Positions 19,016-28,607 of a stretch of 64,000 nt of DNA are shown one piece after another. This DNA comes from an uncultured virus (IMG/VR IMGVR_UViG_2860841867_000002). Its lineage: Duplodnaviria; Heunggongvirae; Uroviricota; Caudoviricetes. The notes beneath the pieces are model-generated. The model was given only the letters and a program-made list of their open reading frames with translations. It had not been told where the DNA came from and searched no databases. The stretch covers positions 1 through 64,000 of the IMG/VR virus record IMGVR_UViG_2860841867_000002; one strand, 5' to 3'. Each line of letters begins with the position of its first letter. The first letter of the stretch is position 1. The translations under genes were made by a program, and so were the position numbers.

Positions 19016-19595
19016 AGGGAGTAGAGGTTGTTGGTTCGTAAACTTTCTTAAACCAGTTTTCAATAACCTCTGCTTTCACGCCCTCATCTCCCGTAAATAC
19101 GCTACGTTGCCAAACCTTGTCGTGATCGCGTCGTACAAATACACCAGAAATAGAGTCGGTTTGGAATTCCGGGCTATCTCCTTTAGTTGCAAAAGACTCC
19201 TCTTGCGGCTGGAATCTCCCTTTATATAGCGCGTAAAGTTTAGATTTCCCTCCAGTAGTAGCTGACTCAAAAAGCAACGCTCCGTACGGTGCGATATCCG
19301 TTTCTTTCTTCTCTAGTACACCATCGCTAAGAATAGTGTGACCGAGCAACAACGCCTGTGCAGTAGTTGATAATTGATCGATACCGATTTCAACTTCCGT
19401 TTCTCCCAACGAAGATTCAACTTCTGAAGGGCCGTCATCAGCATATAGAGTTTCGCTGTTTGTGTTCGGTGTGATACTTGCTTCGATCGCATTTCCGATT
19501 TTAACCGGAGTATCGTAAGTAACTCCGTTCTCATCTTCCGTTAGAATTTTCGCAAAGTGTATATTTTTTAAACCTACGCGTACGCCTTTTGCCAT
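19014..19595 (-). CDS. Major tail (tube) protein, phi13-like
   Basis: VGLKNIHFA, LYADDGP, LYKGRF; ATG at 19595 has GAGGAG RBS. Confidence 0.92.
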   Translation of the reverse strand: MAKGVRVGLKNIHFAKILTEDENGVTYDTPVKIGNAIEASITPNTNSETLYADDGPSEVESSLGETEVEIGIDQLSTTAQALLLGHTILSDGVLEKKETDIAPYGALLFESATTGGKSKLYALYKGRFQPQEESFATKGDSPEFQTDSISGVFVRRDHDKVWQRSVFTGDEGVKAEVIENWFKKVYEPTTSTP

Positions 19596-19603
19596 AGGTT
19601 GCT

Positions 19604-19948
19604 TCACTCCTCTTCCGTATTTAGTGTCGTCCCATAACGCAAGACTTTGTGAAAAAGCTCAGTTTCGGTTTCATAAAGGTCCTGTTCGTTTGAACGAAAA
19701 AAGCCAGCTCGTTTGAGCCGGCTCTTTACCTCTTTTTCCAGTTCTGAATATTTAGTTGGGTCTTTTGTGAAGATACTGATTTGTACATAGTGATTAGCGA
19801 AGGCCTCTTCATCCTCCGTTGAAAGGGCGCCTGATACGTTGTAAACATAAAAGAGAATGTAAGTATCCTCGTCACCTGAATACGTAATAAATCGAACAGG
19901 TACACCAATATCCTTCAAAGTCGCCATTACTAGACTCCGAAGACTCAT
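19604..19948 (-). CDS. Tail terminator / completion protein
   Basis: Position; VQISIF, DLYETETELFHKVLRY. Confidence 0.75.
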   Translation of the reverse strand: MSLRSLVMATLKDIGVPVRFITYSGDEDTYILFYVYNVSGALSTEDEEAFANHYVQISIFTKDPTKYSELEKEVKSRLKRAGFFRSNEQDLYETETELFHKVLRYGTTLNTEEE

Positions 19949-20367
19949 GGCATCAAATTCCTCCGGTAGTAGCTGACAATCTCTTGCTGCGCATCATCCT
20001 TAGATGCAAGAAAAGACGGCTCAACGAACGGTCGAGGAGCGTGCCCTGGGTGGTTAACTTCCTTACCGTAAACAATTTGGCCGTCTGTCTGTATTTTGGC
20101 TTTTCGCAGTTTTATAAGGTGTGGACTTGTGCCGAATTCAAGAAAATGTGCTGTGAAAAAGTCTTTTTCAGGGCCGATTACTACTTCGTCTGACTTACTT
20201 TTTTCGACAGCGATCTTGTATCTTTTACTCGGGTTGTTCTCTTCCATAGTTTCGTAAATAGGCTTTGCCCCGGCATCTAACGCGCCCGATTTCAACGAAT
20301 TAGCTCGATTACCCATACGCTGGATATTTCGCATCACCTCGTCAAACCCGGAAATCCGAATGCTCAT
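19945..20367 (-). CDS. HK97 gp10-like morphogenesis protein
   Basis: HFLEFGT...APRPFVEP. Confidence 0.85.
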   Translation of the reverse strand: MSIRISGFDEVMRNIQRMGNRANSLKSGALDAGAKPIYETMEENNPSKRYKIAVEKSKSDEVVIGPEKDFFTAHFLEFGTSPHLIKLRKAKIQTDGQIVYGKEVNHPGHAPRPFVEPSFLASKDDAQQEIVSYYRRNLMP

Positions 20368-20699
20368 TTGATTCCGACCTCCTTCGTCACTATCGTAAAG
20401 GTGACGTTCCGCTCATCGTCATTTATGATGCTCTCAATTTCGAACGTCCTACCTCCGTATGAAATGCGCAAGTCATTTCTAAGAATCAACTTCATCCGTT
20501 TTGAATATCGAATAACAAACCGCGCTGTCCTGTCCGCCTGTACTGCGCCCGCCTGGTAAAATTCGCGCCCCTGAACCGTCTTAACCGCTGACCAAACGGT
20601 CGCAACCGGTAACCATTCCTTTATTTCGAATCCCTCATCGTTTGTTGTTTCGGTAAAACGGAGAAATGTGATCCGCTTATTAAAATCTCCTGTTTTCAC
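20364..20699 (-). CDS. Head closure / head-tail adaptor (SPP1 gp16-like)
   Basis: FNKRITF, VWSAV, GREF, FVIRY. Confidence 0.88.
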   Translation of the reverse strand: MKTGDFNKRITFLRFTETTNDEGFEIKEWLPVATVWSAVKTVQGREFYQAGAVQADRTARFVIRYSKRMKLILRNDLRISYGGRTFEIESIINDDERNVTFTIVTKEVGIK

Positions 20700-20703
20700 G
20701 TGA

Positions 20704-20943
20704 TCACCTCAGTTGCAATACAATGCCGGCTACTTTGTTTCCGCTCATTGCGGTTGATCTGTTTTCATACGCATCTGTGACGTATATGAGGACGGCCAGT
20801 TTATATAGTTCCGATTCCTTGTCGGTTACACCGGCGTTTTCCAGATGTTTCTCTGCGGCGGAAATAAAAAAGGAGATAAGGGGATCCTCCTCATCTCCAT
20901 CAATCCGCAGATATTCTTTTACCTCATCGGGAGTGATTTTCAT
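20704..20943 (-). CDS. Head-tail connector (gp6-like)
   Basis: EVKEYLRIDGDEED, YENR. Confidence 0.9.
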   Translation of the reverse strand: MKITPDEVKEYLRIDGDEEDPLISFFISAAEKHLENAGVTDKESELYKLAVLIYVTDAYENRSTAMSGNKVAGIVLQLR

Positions 20944-20945
20944 AT

Positions 20946-21485
20946 TTACTCACCGCCAGATGGTGTTGGTTCGACAACAGTGATCGTTACGGTATTCTTA
21001 ACCGTTGTCTTAACTTTCGATTTGACAGTAATCGTAGCAGATCCGGCTGCAACCGCAGTTACCTTTCCAGAGCTCGTCACCGTTGCGACTGACGTGTTGC
21101 TCGACGTGTATGTTACGCCTTGGTCAGCTCCACTTGGCGATACTGTTGCGGTAATTTGCTGCGTCTCACCTACGTTCAATGTTTTAGACGATGGGCTGAC
21201 GCTGATGCTTTCCGGATCAGGAACAGGCGTCGGCTCTGTTGTAACGGAAAGCTCGTCACTCAGCTCCGATGGATTTCCCGCCATTGAGATCGCCCGAACT
21301 TGGTATTTATACGTAGTTTCCGGCTTTAAACCACTCTCATTAAACGACGTGCCAACGCGGGTCCCGACGGAAACCCCGTCCCTAAAGATTTCGTATTCTT
21401 TGATTCCCCCAGCAAAGGCTACGGCATCCCAACTTAGGGATGCCGATGAGTCAGTCGAAGATGCCTTTAGCCCTTGGGGTGCTTT
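20946..21485 (-). CDS. FN3 + Ig-like (Big_2) extension of the major capsid protein (+1 frameshift product)
   Basis: Frame open from just after CCC TAA: KAPQGL...SLSWDA...YEIFRDG...GLKPETTYKYQVRA then VTYTSSNTSVATV; the track reports only the last 112 aa. Confidence 0.85.
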   Translation of the reverse strand, partial: KAPQGLKASSTDSSASLSWDAVAFAGGIKEYEIFRDGVSVGTRVGTSFNESGLKPETTYKYQVRAISMAGNPSELSDELSVTTEPTPVPDPESISVSPSSKTLNVGETQQITATVSPSGADQGVTYTSSNTSVATVTSSGKVTAVAAGSATITVKSKVKTTVKNTVTITVVEPTPSGGE

Positions 21486-22638
21486 AGGGAGTAGTGTCTA
21501 CTTTAGCGATACGGAATGCAGATTTCAGTTTAATTTTGTGATCGAAATACGCAGTAAGAACGAATACATTTTCGCCAGTTTTAACGTCTTTATCGCTTTC
21601 GTAAGTGATTGCTGGATCATAGTTGAAGTGAGAGTAACGGAAGTCACCGACGATAGGATCAACCGCAGCGTCACAGAATTCAACTGGTTTACCGATGATT
21701 TGTTCCGGTTGTGCACCGTAAAGAGTTGCACTTCCATTAGCCAAAGTTTCAATGATTTCGAGATAGTCTGCGTATGTCATCATTACTTTTGCGTTTTCAC
21801 GGAAGTCCTCCGGAAGATCAGCAATAGCTTTTTTGATTGCTTTATATTTATCTTCCGCAGATACTTGCTTAATTCCGGCAGCGTAGAAGGACATTTCCTC
21901 TTCTCCCTGTTTCGGTGTTACTGCGAAAGAAACTTTTTTCTCTTTTGCAGCTAGGCCGGATTGTAAAGCGCGCTCAACTGTAGCGACCAGATCAGTATCA
22001 GTAGCTGCCAAAATAGTTTCGGAGATTTTTGCCATGACTTTGAATTTGCGACGTCCGAAAGTAACTACATCTCCGTCTACTTCAAGTTCTTTAGCAGTCT
22101 GCAAGTCTTGGATGAAGTCATCATCGTCAAGGGAAAAATCAACTTTAGGGATTTCGAGATTTGTTACACTCGTATACGTTGAAAGCTCACGCAACGGATT
22201 CTTTACAAAAGGTTCGTGAATAAGTTCTTCCGAAACTGTTTTAGGAAGGAGTTTTTCCCCGCCTGTTCCGTTATTATCTCCTAACGCAGCACGTACCTCA
22301 GGAGCCGGTACTTCTTTTCGCATTGTTGCACGGATTAATCCAGCTTTAGCAGAAATTTTCTTAACTTTTGGATCTTCGCTGTTAAGTCCAGCAGACGCGC
22401 CTGCTTTTGCTTTTTCAAGGCTTGCTTGAATTTTAGCTTTTTGTTCCTGCTCTAAAGCATCGTGTTGATTTTGCAGGATATCCATGCGTTCTTTAAGATC
22501 GTCTCTTTTTTGTTTTAAAGACCGTACTTCGTCGATAGAAGCGTTAGGGTCGGCTGCTTTGTTCATGATTTCTTTTTCAACCGATGCTAATTGTGTACCT
22601 ACAGTGTTTAAGTTTGCCTTCAGATCAAATAGTTCCAT
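21484..22638 (-). CDS. Major capsid protein, HK97 family
   Basis: N-terminal coiled-coil delta domain, GGEKLLP, IVGDF, SAFRIA. Confidence 0.93.
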   Translation of the reverse strand: MELFDLKANLNTVGTQLASVEKEIMNKAADPNASIDEVRSLKQKRDDLKERMDILQNQHDALEQEQKAKIQASLEKAKAGASAGLNSEDPKVKKISAKAGLIRATMRKEVPAPEVRAALGDNNGTGGEKLLPKTVSEELIHEPFVKNPLRELSTYTSVTNLEIPKVDFSLDDDDFIQDLQTAKELEVDGDVVTFGRRKFKVMAKISETILAATDTDLVATVERALQSGLAAKEKKVSFAVTPKQGEEEMSFYAAGIKQVSAEDKYKAIKKAIADLPEDFRENAKVMMTYADYLEIIETLANGSATLYGAQPEQIIGKPVEFCDAAVDPIVGDFRYSHFNYDPAITYESDKDVKTGENVFVLTAYFDHKIKLKSAFRIAKVDTTP

Positions 22639-23375
22639 TAAATGATTCCCCCGTTTTGAAGTTTTAGTAAATTCGTTTGTGCTTCCGCGATAAGCTGCTC
22701 ACGGAACAGGCGCTCTTTTTCCGCCTGCTTTTCGTCCTCTTTCGTCTGATTAAGAAGTGATTCCGGAGTGTTCCGGTACTTCGCAAATAACTGCGTGTCT
22801 ACTTTCGCAACGGCAGCGCTAGGAGCTTCGATAGAATCGCACAGCCCTAAATCGAGGCATTCTTGCGCCGACAGCCACGTTTCTGCGTCCATAAGTTCGA
22901 TCAAACGATCACGATCGAGTTTTCCGCCTGCTTTTTCGAGGTAAGCTTCGATAAGACTTTCGCGAATGCGATCCATGTCGTCAGCCCACTTACGAAGCTC
23001 TTCAGCGTTTCCGTTGACGGTAATGATTGGGTTGTGAATCATCATCATCGCGTTTGCGGGCATAAAAATAGTGTCACCGGACATTGCGATGACACTTGCG
23101 ATAGAGGCAGCCAGCCCGTCGACGTAGACGTTAACATGGGCTTTGTGCCGCTTTATGATGTTGTAGATCGAATTCCCTTCGAAAACAGAGCCACCTGGCG
23201 AATTGATATAGATATTTAGCGCAGAAACTTCGCCAAGTCCGTCTAAATCCTCCTTGAAAGTTTGCGCAGTCACTTCGTCACCCCAGAACTGGGCCGAACT
23301 GATTTCACTGTAAATGTAAATCTCGCCTGTTTTAGCGTCATTCTTCGCCGCTTTGATTTCCCAGAACTTCTTTAT
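22638..23375 (-). CDS. ClpP-like prohead maturation protease
   Basis: INSPGGSV, GLAASIAS, MMIHNP, AETWL; start uncertain (ATA at 23375 has an ideal RBS; track start is 23408). Confidence 0.92.
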   Translation of the reverse strand: MKKFWEIKAAKNDAKTGEIYIYSEISSAQFWGDEVTAQTFKEDLDGLGEVSALNIYINSPGGSVFEGNSIYNIIKRHKAHVNVYVDGLAASIASVIAMSGDTIFMPANAMMMIHNPIITVNGNAEELRKWADDMDRIRESLIEAYLEKAGGKLDRDRLIELMDAETWLSAQECLDLGLCDSIEAPSAAVAKVDTQLFAKYRNTPESLLNQTKEDEKQAEKERLFREQLIAEAQTNLLKLQNGGII

Positions 23376-24636
23376 CGTCCTCACCTCCTTTCGAGTTTTC
23401 GTTATCACCTTCGTTAATTTCTAACGTTGGAGGCGTCGGTACATCCGCCGATGTTATTTTCTGTTGCGCAACCTGGTCGATTGGGAATAAATCTTTGCTT
23501 AAATAAAGCGTATCTCCGCCCTCTTCTGGCGGCAAATCCTCCCACGCACGCACCTCATTCGGCTTAAACCAGCCGCTCCGGATACCTTGTTGATAAAAAT
23601 TACCGCGGGTCTGCATGTCCCCACGCAGTAACGCGTTCATACTGAACTTAAAATAATAACCGGACTTGCGTTCCTTTTCGGTCAGCAGCTTCCGGTTAAA
23701 TTCTTTTTCGTATTGAGTTGCGATAGGCATTAGCGTGCCTTGTACATAATCGATATAAAGCTGCTCCATATTGGAGACGCTGCCTTGTGTCTCGCCAAGC
23801 ATGTACAACGGAATATTAAAGGCCTGCGCGACTCTTGAACGTGTCACTTTTTCGACCTCAAACGCCTTTGTATCGATGAATTCCTTCTTTAATTCGCGTA
23901 TTTTTACCCCCGGTTCCTGAATTAAGAGGCCTCCGTTGTCTTTATAGAAACTTTTAAAGTTCTCTAACATCTTTTCTTTGCGTGTATCGTCGAGCTGATT
24001 CGCCAATTCCAGAATGAACGATATCTTTGCTCCGTCCATTTGTTCGAGACTGAACAGCCGGACGTCGCGATCAAAGTCGAGAGCGTTCCGCAGAACCTTT
24101 AGCGGTGAGATTCCTTTCAACCCGTCTACCGACGTATATTTAACGTGAATCATGTCCATGTTGTGAACGAAATAATTTCCGTTGTCTCCTAAAATCTCGT
24201 ACCAAAGTTCACGAGTAGTCTCTTCAATCACCGGCTGCACTCTCGAAGGATCCAAAACCTCTAATCCGACGACTTCATAGCGCATTCCGTACCGTTTTAT
24301 TGCGTAAGCATTGCCATATACGGCCCGATGCGTCTCCAAAAGGCCGATAAATTGCCCGGATGTCATGTTATGATTCGGCGCGTATGTCAGAAGCTCGGAA
24401 GCCTGAGACTCAATCGGTTGATAATTTTTATACGCCTTGATCGGTAGGCTTGACATTGTGTTTGATAATCGCGACACAGCCGAGAAAACCGTTTCGTTGT
24501 CAACTAGCGCATGTTCTCCGTAATTTCCTAGAATAGTAGCACGAGGAATAAACCAGTGTGTTAGATCTCTTCTCGTTTCCGCCTTGACATCGGATGGTTT
24601 GCGAAAAAAATTCCGAACATTGCTCCAAAAGCCCAA
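23338..24636 (-). CDS. Portal protein, HK97 family
   Basis: YGNAY, GISPL, LLRGD, NEVRAWEDLPP. Confidence 0.95.
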   Translation of the reverse strand: MGFWSNVRNFFRKPSDVKAETRRDLTHWFIPRATILGNYGEHALVDNETVFSAVSRLSNTMSSLPIKAYKNYQPIESQASELLTYAPNHNMTSGQFIGLLETHRAVYGNAYAIKRYGMRYEVVGLEVLDPSRVQPVIEETTRELWYEILGDNGNYFVHNMDMIHVKYTSVDGLKGISPLKVLRNALDFDRDVRLFSLEQMDGAKISFILELANQLDDTRKEKMLENFKSFYKDNGGLLIQEPGVKIRELKKEFIDTKAFEVEKVTRSRVAQAFNIPLYMLGETQGSVSNMEQLYIDYVQGTLMPIATQYEKEFNRKLLTEKERKSGYYFKFSMNALLRGDMQTRGNFYQQGIRSGWFKPNEVRAWEDLPPEEGGDTLYLSKDLFPIDQVAQQKITSADVPTPPTLEINEGDNENSKGGEDDKEVLGNQSGEE

Positions 24637-24647
24637 TTTCTCACCTC

Positions 24648-26441
24648 CTAACCGTTTAATAGATCGCTAATTGAGATAAATCCGACGCTTCCGCCCTCAA
24701 CCGGCTTCGTCATATCGAGATAAACCTGTGTATGTGCATTAAGAAACGCCGCAAACCCATCGATTTTCCGGTACCTCGTTTGTTTTGTCGGCAACCAGTT
24801 ACCGTTCCGGTCTTCGACAAGTTTGACGTTGTTTAGATACCATGTGAAAAGCTTGTTCTCGTTATAAACGACGTTCCCGTCAAGCAGTAATTCTTTGATG
24901 TGTTTTAACGGATCACTCAGCGTAATATAACCCTGACGCACGACCTCCGTTTGGAATCCGTAGTTTTGAAGATCGTGAACCAACCGCATTGCATTCGCCG
25001 GGTCAAACGTGATCTTATCGATCTGATATTTGCGCGACATTTCAACGAACCAGTCGTAAACGTACTCATATTCCACGTATTCGCCCGGAATAATCGTCAA
25101 ATATCCGTCATCTTGCCACTCTCGGTACGGTATTTTCTCGTTATCTTTCTCGACTTTTGCCGCCGGAACCCATGAATGAGACAAAACAAAAACGCGATTA
25201 TCCGGCAAAATAAATTCCAGACACGCGCTCGTAAAGTCTTCCGTTTGTGATAAGTCGAAGCCGCCGATACATCTCATGCCGCGCAGTTCTTCGATATTAT
25301 GATATTTGTTATTACGTTTTATAACTTCGAAGTCTACAAAGCTTTGCTCGCCGTTATCCACGAACATATTAAACTGCTTCGTAATCCAGTCGTTTCTCTC
25401 TTGAGGGATGTCGCGATCCGACCGGTAATCCTGAACCATTGTCGGAAGCTTCATCGTTACCCCCATATTCGGGTTCGCTTTTATCCATTCAGTCGGCTGA
25501 TCTATCTCCTTTTCGTCGTCTAATTCCGCAATAAAGTAGAATTTTCGGTCCTGTTCATTCGATCCTTCAAGAACATCGGAAGCAACTTCGTAATATTCAA
25601 CTAATGGGCCGTCTAAAACGTACCCTGCGGTCGTAATATAAATAACCATCGGCTGTCTCCGCGCAGACCAGGAGCGCTTGATTACGTTTATCAGCTTAAA
25701 TCCTTGGAACTCGTGTATCTCATCAAAAATGCCGAGGTGAGTATTAAGTCCGTCAAGCTTTTTACTATCGGATGCTCTCGGCTCAATACGACTCAAAGAC
25801 TTCATATCGAATATTCCTTTTTGGTTTTCCTTCATATTTCTCCGAAGTGCTGGCGACTTCTGAACCATCGCCCGGCTTTCATCGAAAAGTTCACCAGCCT
25901 GCTGCTTCGAGTTGGCTAAAACGTAAACACGCGCCCCCGGTTCGTTATCTTTTGATATCGCAAAGTTTGCTAATCCGCTAATCATCGTCGTTTTACCGTT
26001 TTTACGGCCAATAAAAACCAGGCCCTCGCGAAATCTCCGCAACCCGGTATCGCGATGCACCCACCCGTAGAGTGAGCCGATTACGAAATGTTGCCACGGC
26101 TGAAGCGTTAGGTTGGCGTAATCACCTTTTGACGGTTTGCAAAACTTTTCAATGAACCGAATTGGCCGGTGTCCTTTTTCGATATCAAATACGTAAGGAA
26201 ATTCGTCAGTACCAGCGCGCTCCAAGTCTCGCAGGTGACGTTTACACGCCAAAACATTTTTCCGACTTGCTTTAATTTCTCCCGCAACAACTTTCTCCGC
26301 GTAAAAGGTTGTAAGTAGATTTTCGGCCGGTTTTTCGCATATAAATCCGGCCATTTTTTGCGTTTTTAGCCAGTTTTCGAACCATTTTTCAAGCTCCGTA
26401 GGGCTAGAATTCGTCGTAATCGTCGTCATTTTCACCACCAC
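24648..26441 (-). CDS. terL: Terminase large subunit
   Basis: LQPWQ, GRKNGKT (Walker A), DEIH, ITTAG, GFDLS, KIDG. Confidence 0.96.
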   Translation of the reverse strand: MVVKMTTITTNSSPTELEKWFENWLKTQKMAGFICEKPAENLLTTFYAEKVVAGEIKASRKNVLACKRHLRDLERAGTDEFPYVFDIEKGHRPIRFIEKFCKPSKGDYANLTLQPWQHFVIGSLYGWVHRDTGLRRFREGLVFIGRKNGKTTMISGLANFAISKDNEPGARVYVLANSKQQAGELFDESRAMVQKSPALRRNMKENQKGIFDMKSLSRIEPRASDSKKLDGLNTHLGIFDEIHEFQGFKLINVIKRSWSARRQPMVIYITTAGYVLDGPLVEYYEVASDVLEGSNEQDRKFYFIAELDDEKEIDQPTEWIKANPNMGVTMKLPTMVQDYRSDRDIPQERNDWITKQFNMFVDNGEQSFVDFEVIKRNNKYHNIEELRGMRCIGGFDLSQTEDFTSACLEFILPDNRVFVLSHSWVPAAKVEKDNEKIPYREWQDDGYLTIIPGEYVEYEYVYDWFVEMSRKYQIDKITFDPANAMRLVHDLQNYGFQTEVVRQGYITLSDPLKHIKELLLDGNVVYNENKLFTWYLNNVKLVEDRNGNWLPTKQTRYRKIDGFAAFLNAHTQVYLDMTKPVEGGSVGFISISDLLNG

Positions 26442-26727
26442 CCGCGTTTAATTCTTTGCGCTGTGCCGGCGTAAGATCGAGCGATTTCAGAAGATTGTTT
26501 AACGTCGTCACCGTCTTCGTAAGCTCAATCGCTAACGGATTTTTGACAAGGTTCTCCGCGCCTGCTTTGTTCGTATGCCGCATCATTAAAGGGTTTTCGG
26601 CTACTTCCTTTTTTAGTCGGCGGTAAAACTTATGAGTGTCGACGTAGAGTTCGATCAGTTCTTCATCCGATTCTTTATACCTGTCTCCGAGATATTCCCG
26701 GATTTTTTTCGCTGTCGGTACCGCCAT
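26404..26727 (-). CDS. terS: Terminase small subunit (P27 family)
   Basis: VKNPL...LDLTPAQR; directly upstream of terL. Confidence 0.9.
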   Translation of the reverse strand: MAVPTAKKIREYLGDRYKESDEELIELYVDTHKFYRRLKKEVAENPLMMRHTNKAGAENLVKNPLAIELTKTVTTLNNLLKSLDLTPAQRKELNAGGGENDDDYDEF

Positions 26728-26744
26728 TAAAACACTCCTTTCAT

Positions 26745-26850
26745 TCGGGGAGACCCCCCTTTAATGTAAAATTTCTGGTCGCGCAACAAGCGAAGGGGGC
26801 CCGCCGGTCCCTTGTATTTTTGTTTTTTAGTCCAGAGGGGAGGGGGCTAT
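26745..26850. other. Candidate cos packaging site region
   Basis: Non-coding G/C-run-rich gap between HNH and terS with GGGGGCCCGCCGG core; typical position for 3' cos phages. Confidence 0.55.
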
Positions 26851-27185
26851 AATTCGGGGTTAGCCTCTGTCTTTACAACCCTGATTTTTCTCTGTTTCTT
26901 CTCTGTTTTGGCACTTTTCTGCCCCTTCTCCGGATGGCGTTTGTTGTGGCAGGAATTGCAAAGGCTGACCAAATTTGATGCATCTAAAGCTAATTCAGGG
27001 TATTCTCGCAGCTCCTTTATGTGGTGTACAGTCTCTGCTTTAGTGATCGTTTTATTAGCGAGGCAGTCTTGGCACAGGTGATGGTCGCGCTTGAGTACTA
27101 AGGCCCGGCACTTAGCCCAGGCTGTAGACTTATAGAACGCTCGTGCTTCGGGATCGCGCTTATGTTTGTCATAGTAGTTACTCAT
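26847..27185 (-). CDS. Terminase-associated HNH endonuclease
   Basis: FYKSTAW, CQDC, VHHI, LCNSCHNKRH. Confidence 0.92.
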   Translation of the reverse strand: MSNYYDKHKRDPEARAFYKSTAWAKCRALVLKRDHHLCQDCLANKTITKAETVHHIKELREYPELALDASNLVSLCNSCHNKRHPEKGQKSAKTEKKQRKIRVVKTEANPEL

Positions 27186-27352
27186 CGCCTTGCACCCGCC
27201 ATGAATCGCGTTAAGGTTAACGCTGGACCCAGTCGTATTAATCTAGGCTTACAGAACGGACGGCCTGCCAGTTGTATAAATCCAAGCTCATAGTCGCGTT
27301 CCTTTCGTTGCTCTCGTAGGTATCTATAACGCTGCTTACGTTCTCTATTCAT
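27182..27352 (-). CDS. Small basic hypothetical protein (56 aa)
   Basis: MNRERKQRYRY...MAGARR; overlaps both neighbours; below the track cutoff. Confidence 0.6.
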   Translation of the reverse strand: MNRERKQRYRYLREQRKERDYELGFIQLAGRPFCKPRLIRLGPALTLTRFMAGARR

Positions 27353-27587
27353 AAGCTCGTTCGCCTACCGCAAGTTCCTTCGTCTCTACAACCGGAGCGC
27401 CTGTGCTATCCTTAGTGTGTTTGATACGGTAATAAGTAGAGCCGCATTGGTCTGCGTCTTTAGTACGCCACTCGAAGTCTACCGCAATACGACCGGTAAT
27501 TTCTTCGCCTTTGTATATGACGCGTGGTATCGATTGTTCATCCGTGAGTTCTATCGTTAGTAAGTTCGGTTTAGGTTTGACCTCCAA
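27345..27587 (-). CDS. Hypothetical phage protein
   Basis: GGAGG RBS, operon context. Confidence 0.7.
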   Translation of the reverse strand: MEVKPKPNLLTIELTDEQSIPRVIYKGEEITGRIAVDFEWRTKDADQCGSTYYRIKHTKDSTGAPVVETKELAVGERAYE

Positions 27588-27589
27588 CG

Positions 27590-27907
27590 CTATCCCTCCG
27601 TTTCCTTCCGTTTATAGCGTACTTCTAATCCTCCATCGTCATTTACCGCAAAGATAAACTCGTTAGCTCCATCGTTCATTAGTCCGGATATGACGCTTTT
27701 CGTTGCCTCCCGTTCTTCTTCCGTACTGTATCCCGGAAGCTTTACCTTAACGTAATTCTCTCGCTTCGCTGTAGTAAACGTGATAGGCGTTACATAGCCG
27801 GTATAAGGCTTAGTAGATACGGACGTACTGCCGGACGTACTGCCGTACTTACTACGTATATACTCGACCGCATTAAGCGCAGCATTAATCGGATTAGCCA
27901 ACGTCAT
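27590..27907 (-). CDS. Hypothetical protein with N-terminus resembling the end of the TMP SLT domain
   Basis: AGGAGG RBS; NPINAALNAVEYIRSKYGS...PYTGY. Confidence 0.7.
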   Translation of the reverse strand: MTLANPINAALNAVEYIRSKYGSTSGSTSVSTKPYTGYVTPITFTTAKRENYVKVKLPGYSTEEEREATKSVISGLMNDGANEFIFAVNDDGGLEVRYKRKETEG

Positions 27908-28154
27908 CCCTCCTTTCTCATACTAAAGCGTCAATCACTCTACGGTGATTTACCAATCCGACGCGCCCACCAATACCGTTGCACTTTGTCTTTATCTTTT
28001 ATATAAGTTCTTTATCGCGATAATGTATTTAATAGATTACCAATATCTGCGTATCGTATGAGCGCAGCGAATAGATCGCTATTATTTGTTTCTCTTTTAC
28101 GTATTGCTCTTTTACTTCTTTCTCTTTTTACAGTCCGCCCTGTGCAGATGATCC

Positions 28155-28201
28155 ATCGTATGTCTTGCGCATACTAGCGATCGTATGTCCTAGGCATACT
28201 A
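28155..28201. repeat. Two 22-nt direct repeats, each internally palindromic (iteron/operator-like)
   Basis: ATCGTATGTCTTGCGCATACTA and ATCGTATGTCCTAGGCATACTA, period 25. Confidence 0.75.
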
Positions 28202-28217
28202 TGCGTCATAGCAACGT

Positions 28218-28607
28218 TTATAACAGCTTGGATAGAACGTGATACCGATCCTTAATACTGAAGGTGCGTAGCATGCGTTCTATATACTCGTTATCTAAAC
28301 CGGTTGTTTCTTCTAGCTCGATCTTCATGCGCTCCACTTCGTGCTTACAATCGTAATGGCTCGGGAACTCCTCGGTATTCAATGCGCTTTTAGCAGCGTT
28401 ACACGGACGACAGAGTAGCTGGAGATTGTCGATGTCATCTGTACCACCACTCGCTTGCGGAATAATATGATCGATATTGTACGTTAGGCTTTCGTTACCG
28501 TTAGCTTCACGCTTACTAACGAGTCCTTCTACTCCGCAGTGAGCGCATTTCCTTGCGCTTAAATCAGCGAACTCTTCTCTCCTTTTATACGACCATTTTA
28601 ACGCCAC
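28218..28607 (-). CDS. HNH endonuclease
   Basis: CAHC...IDHIIP...GG...NLQLLCRPCN. Confidence 0.9.
   Translation of the reverse strand: MALKWSYKRREEFADLSARKCAHCGVEGLVSKREANGNESLTYNIDHIIPQASGGTDDIDNLQLLCRPCNAAKSALNTEEFPSHYDCKHEVERMKIELEETTGLDNEYIERMLRTFSIKDRYHVLSKLL

Noticed and set aside
20845..21954. 369-aa plus-strand ORF
   Set aside because: Antisense shadow of the capsid and Ig-extension region
27821..27845. GGACGTACTGCC tandem duplication
   Set aside because: In-frame 12-nt coding duplication (GSTS twice), not an array
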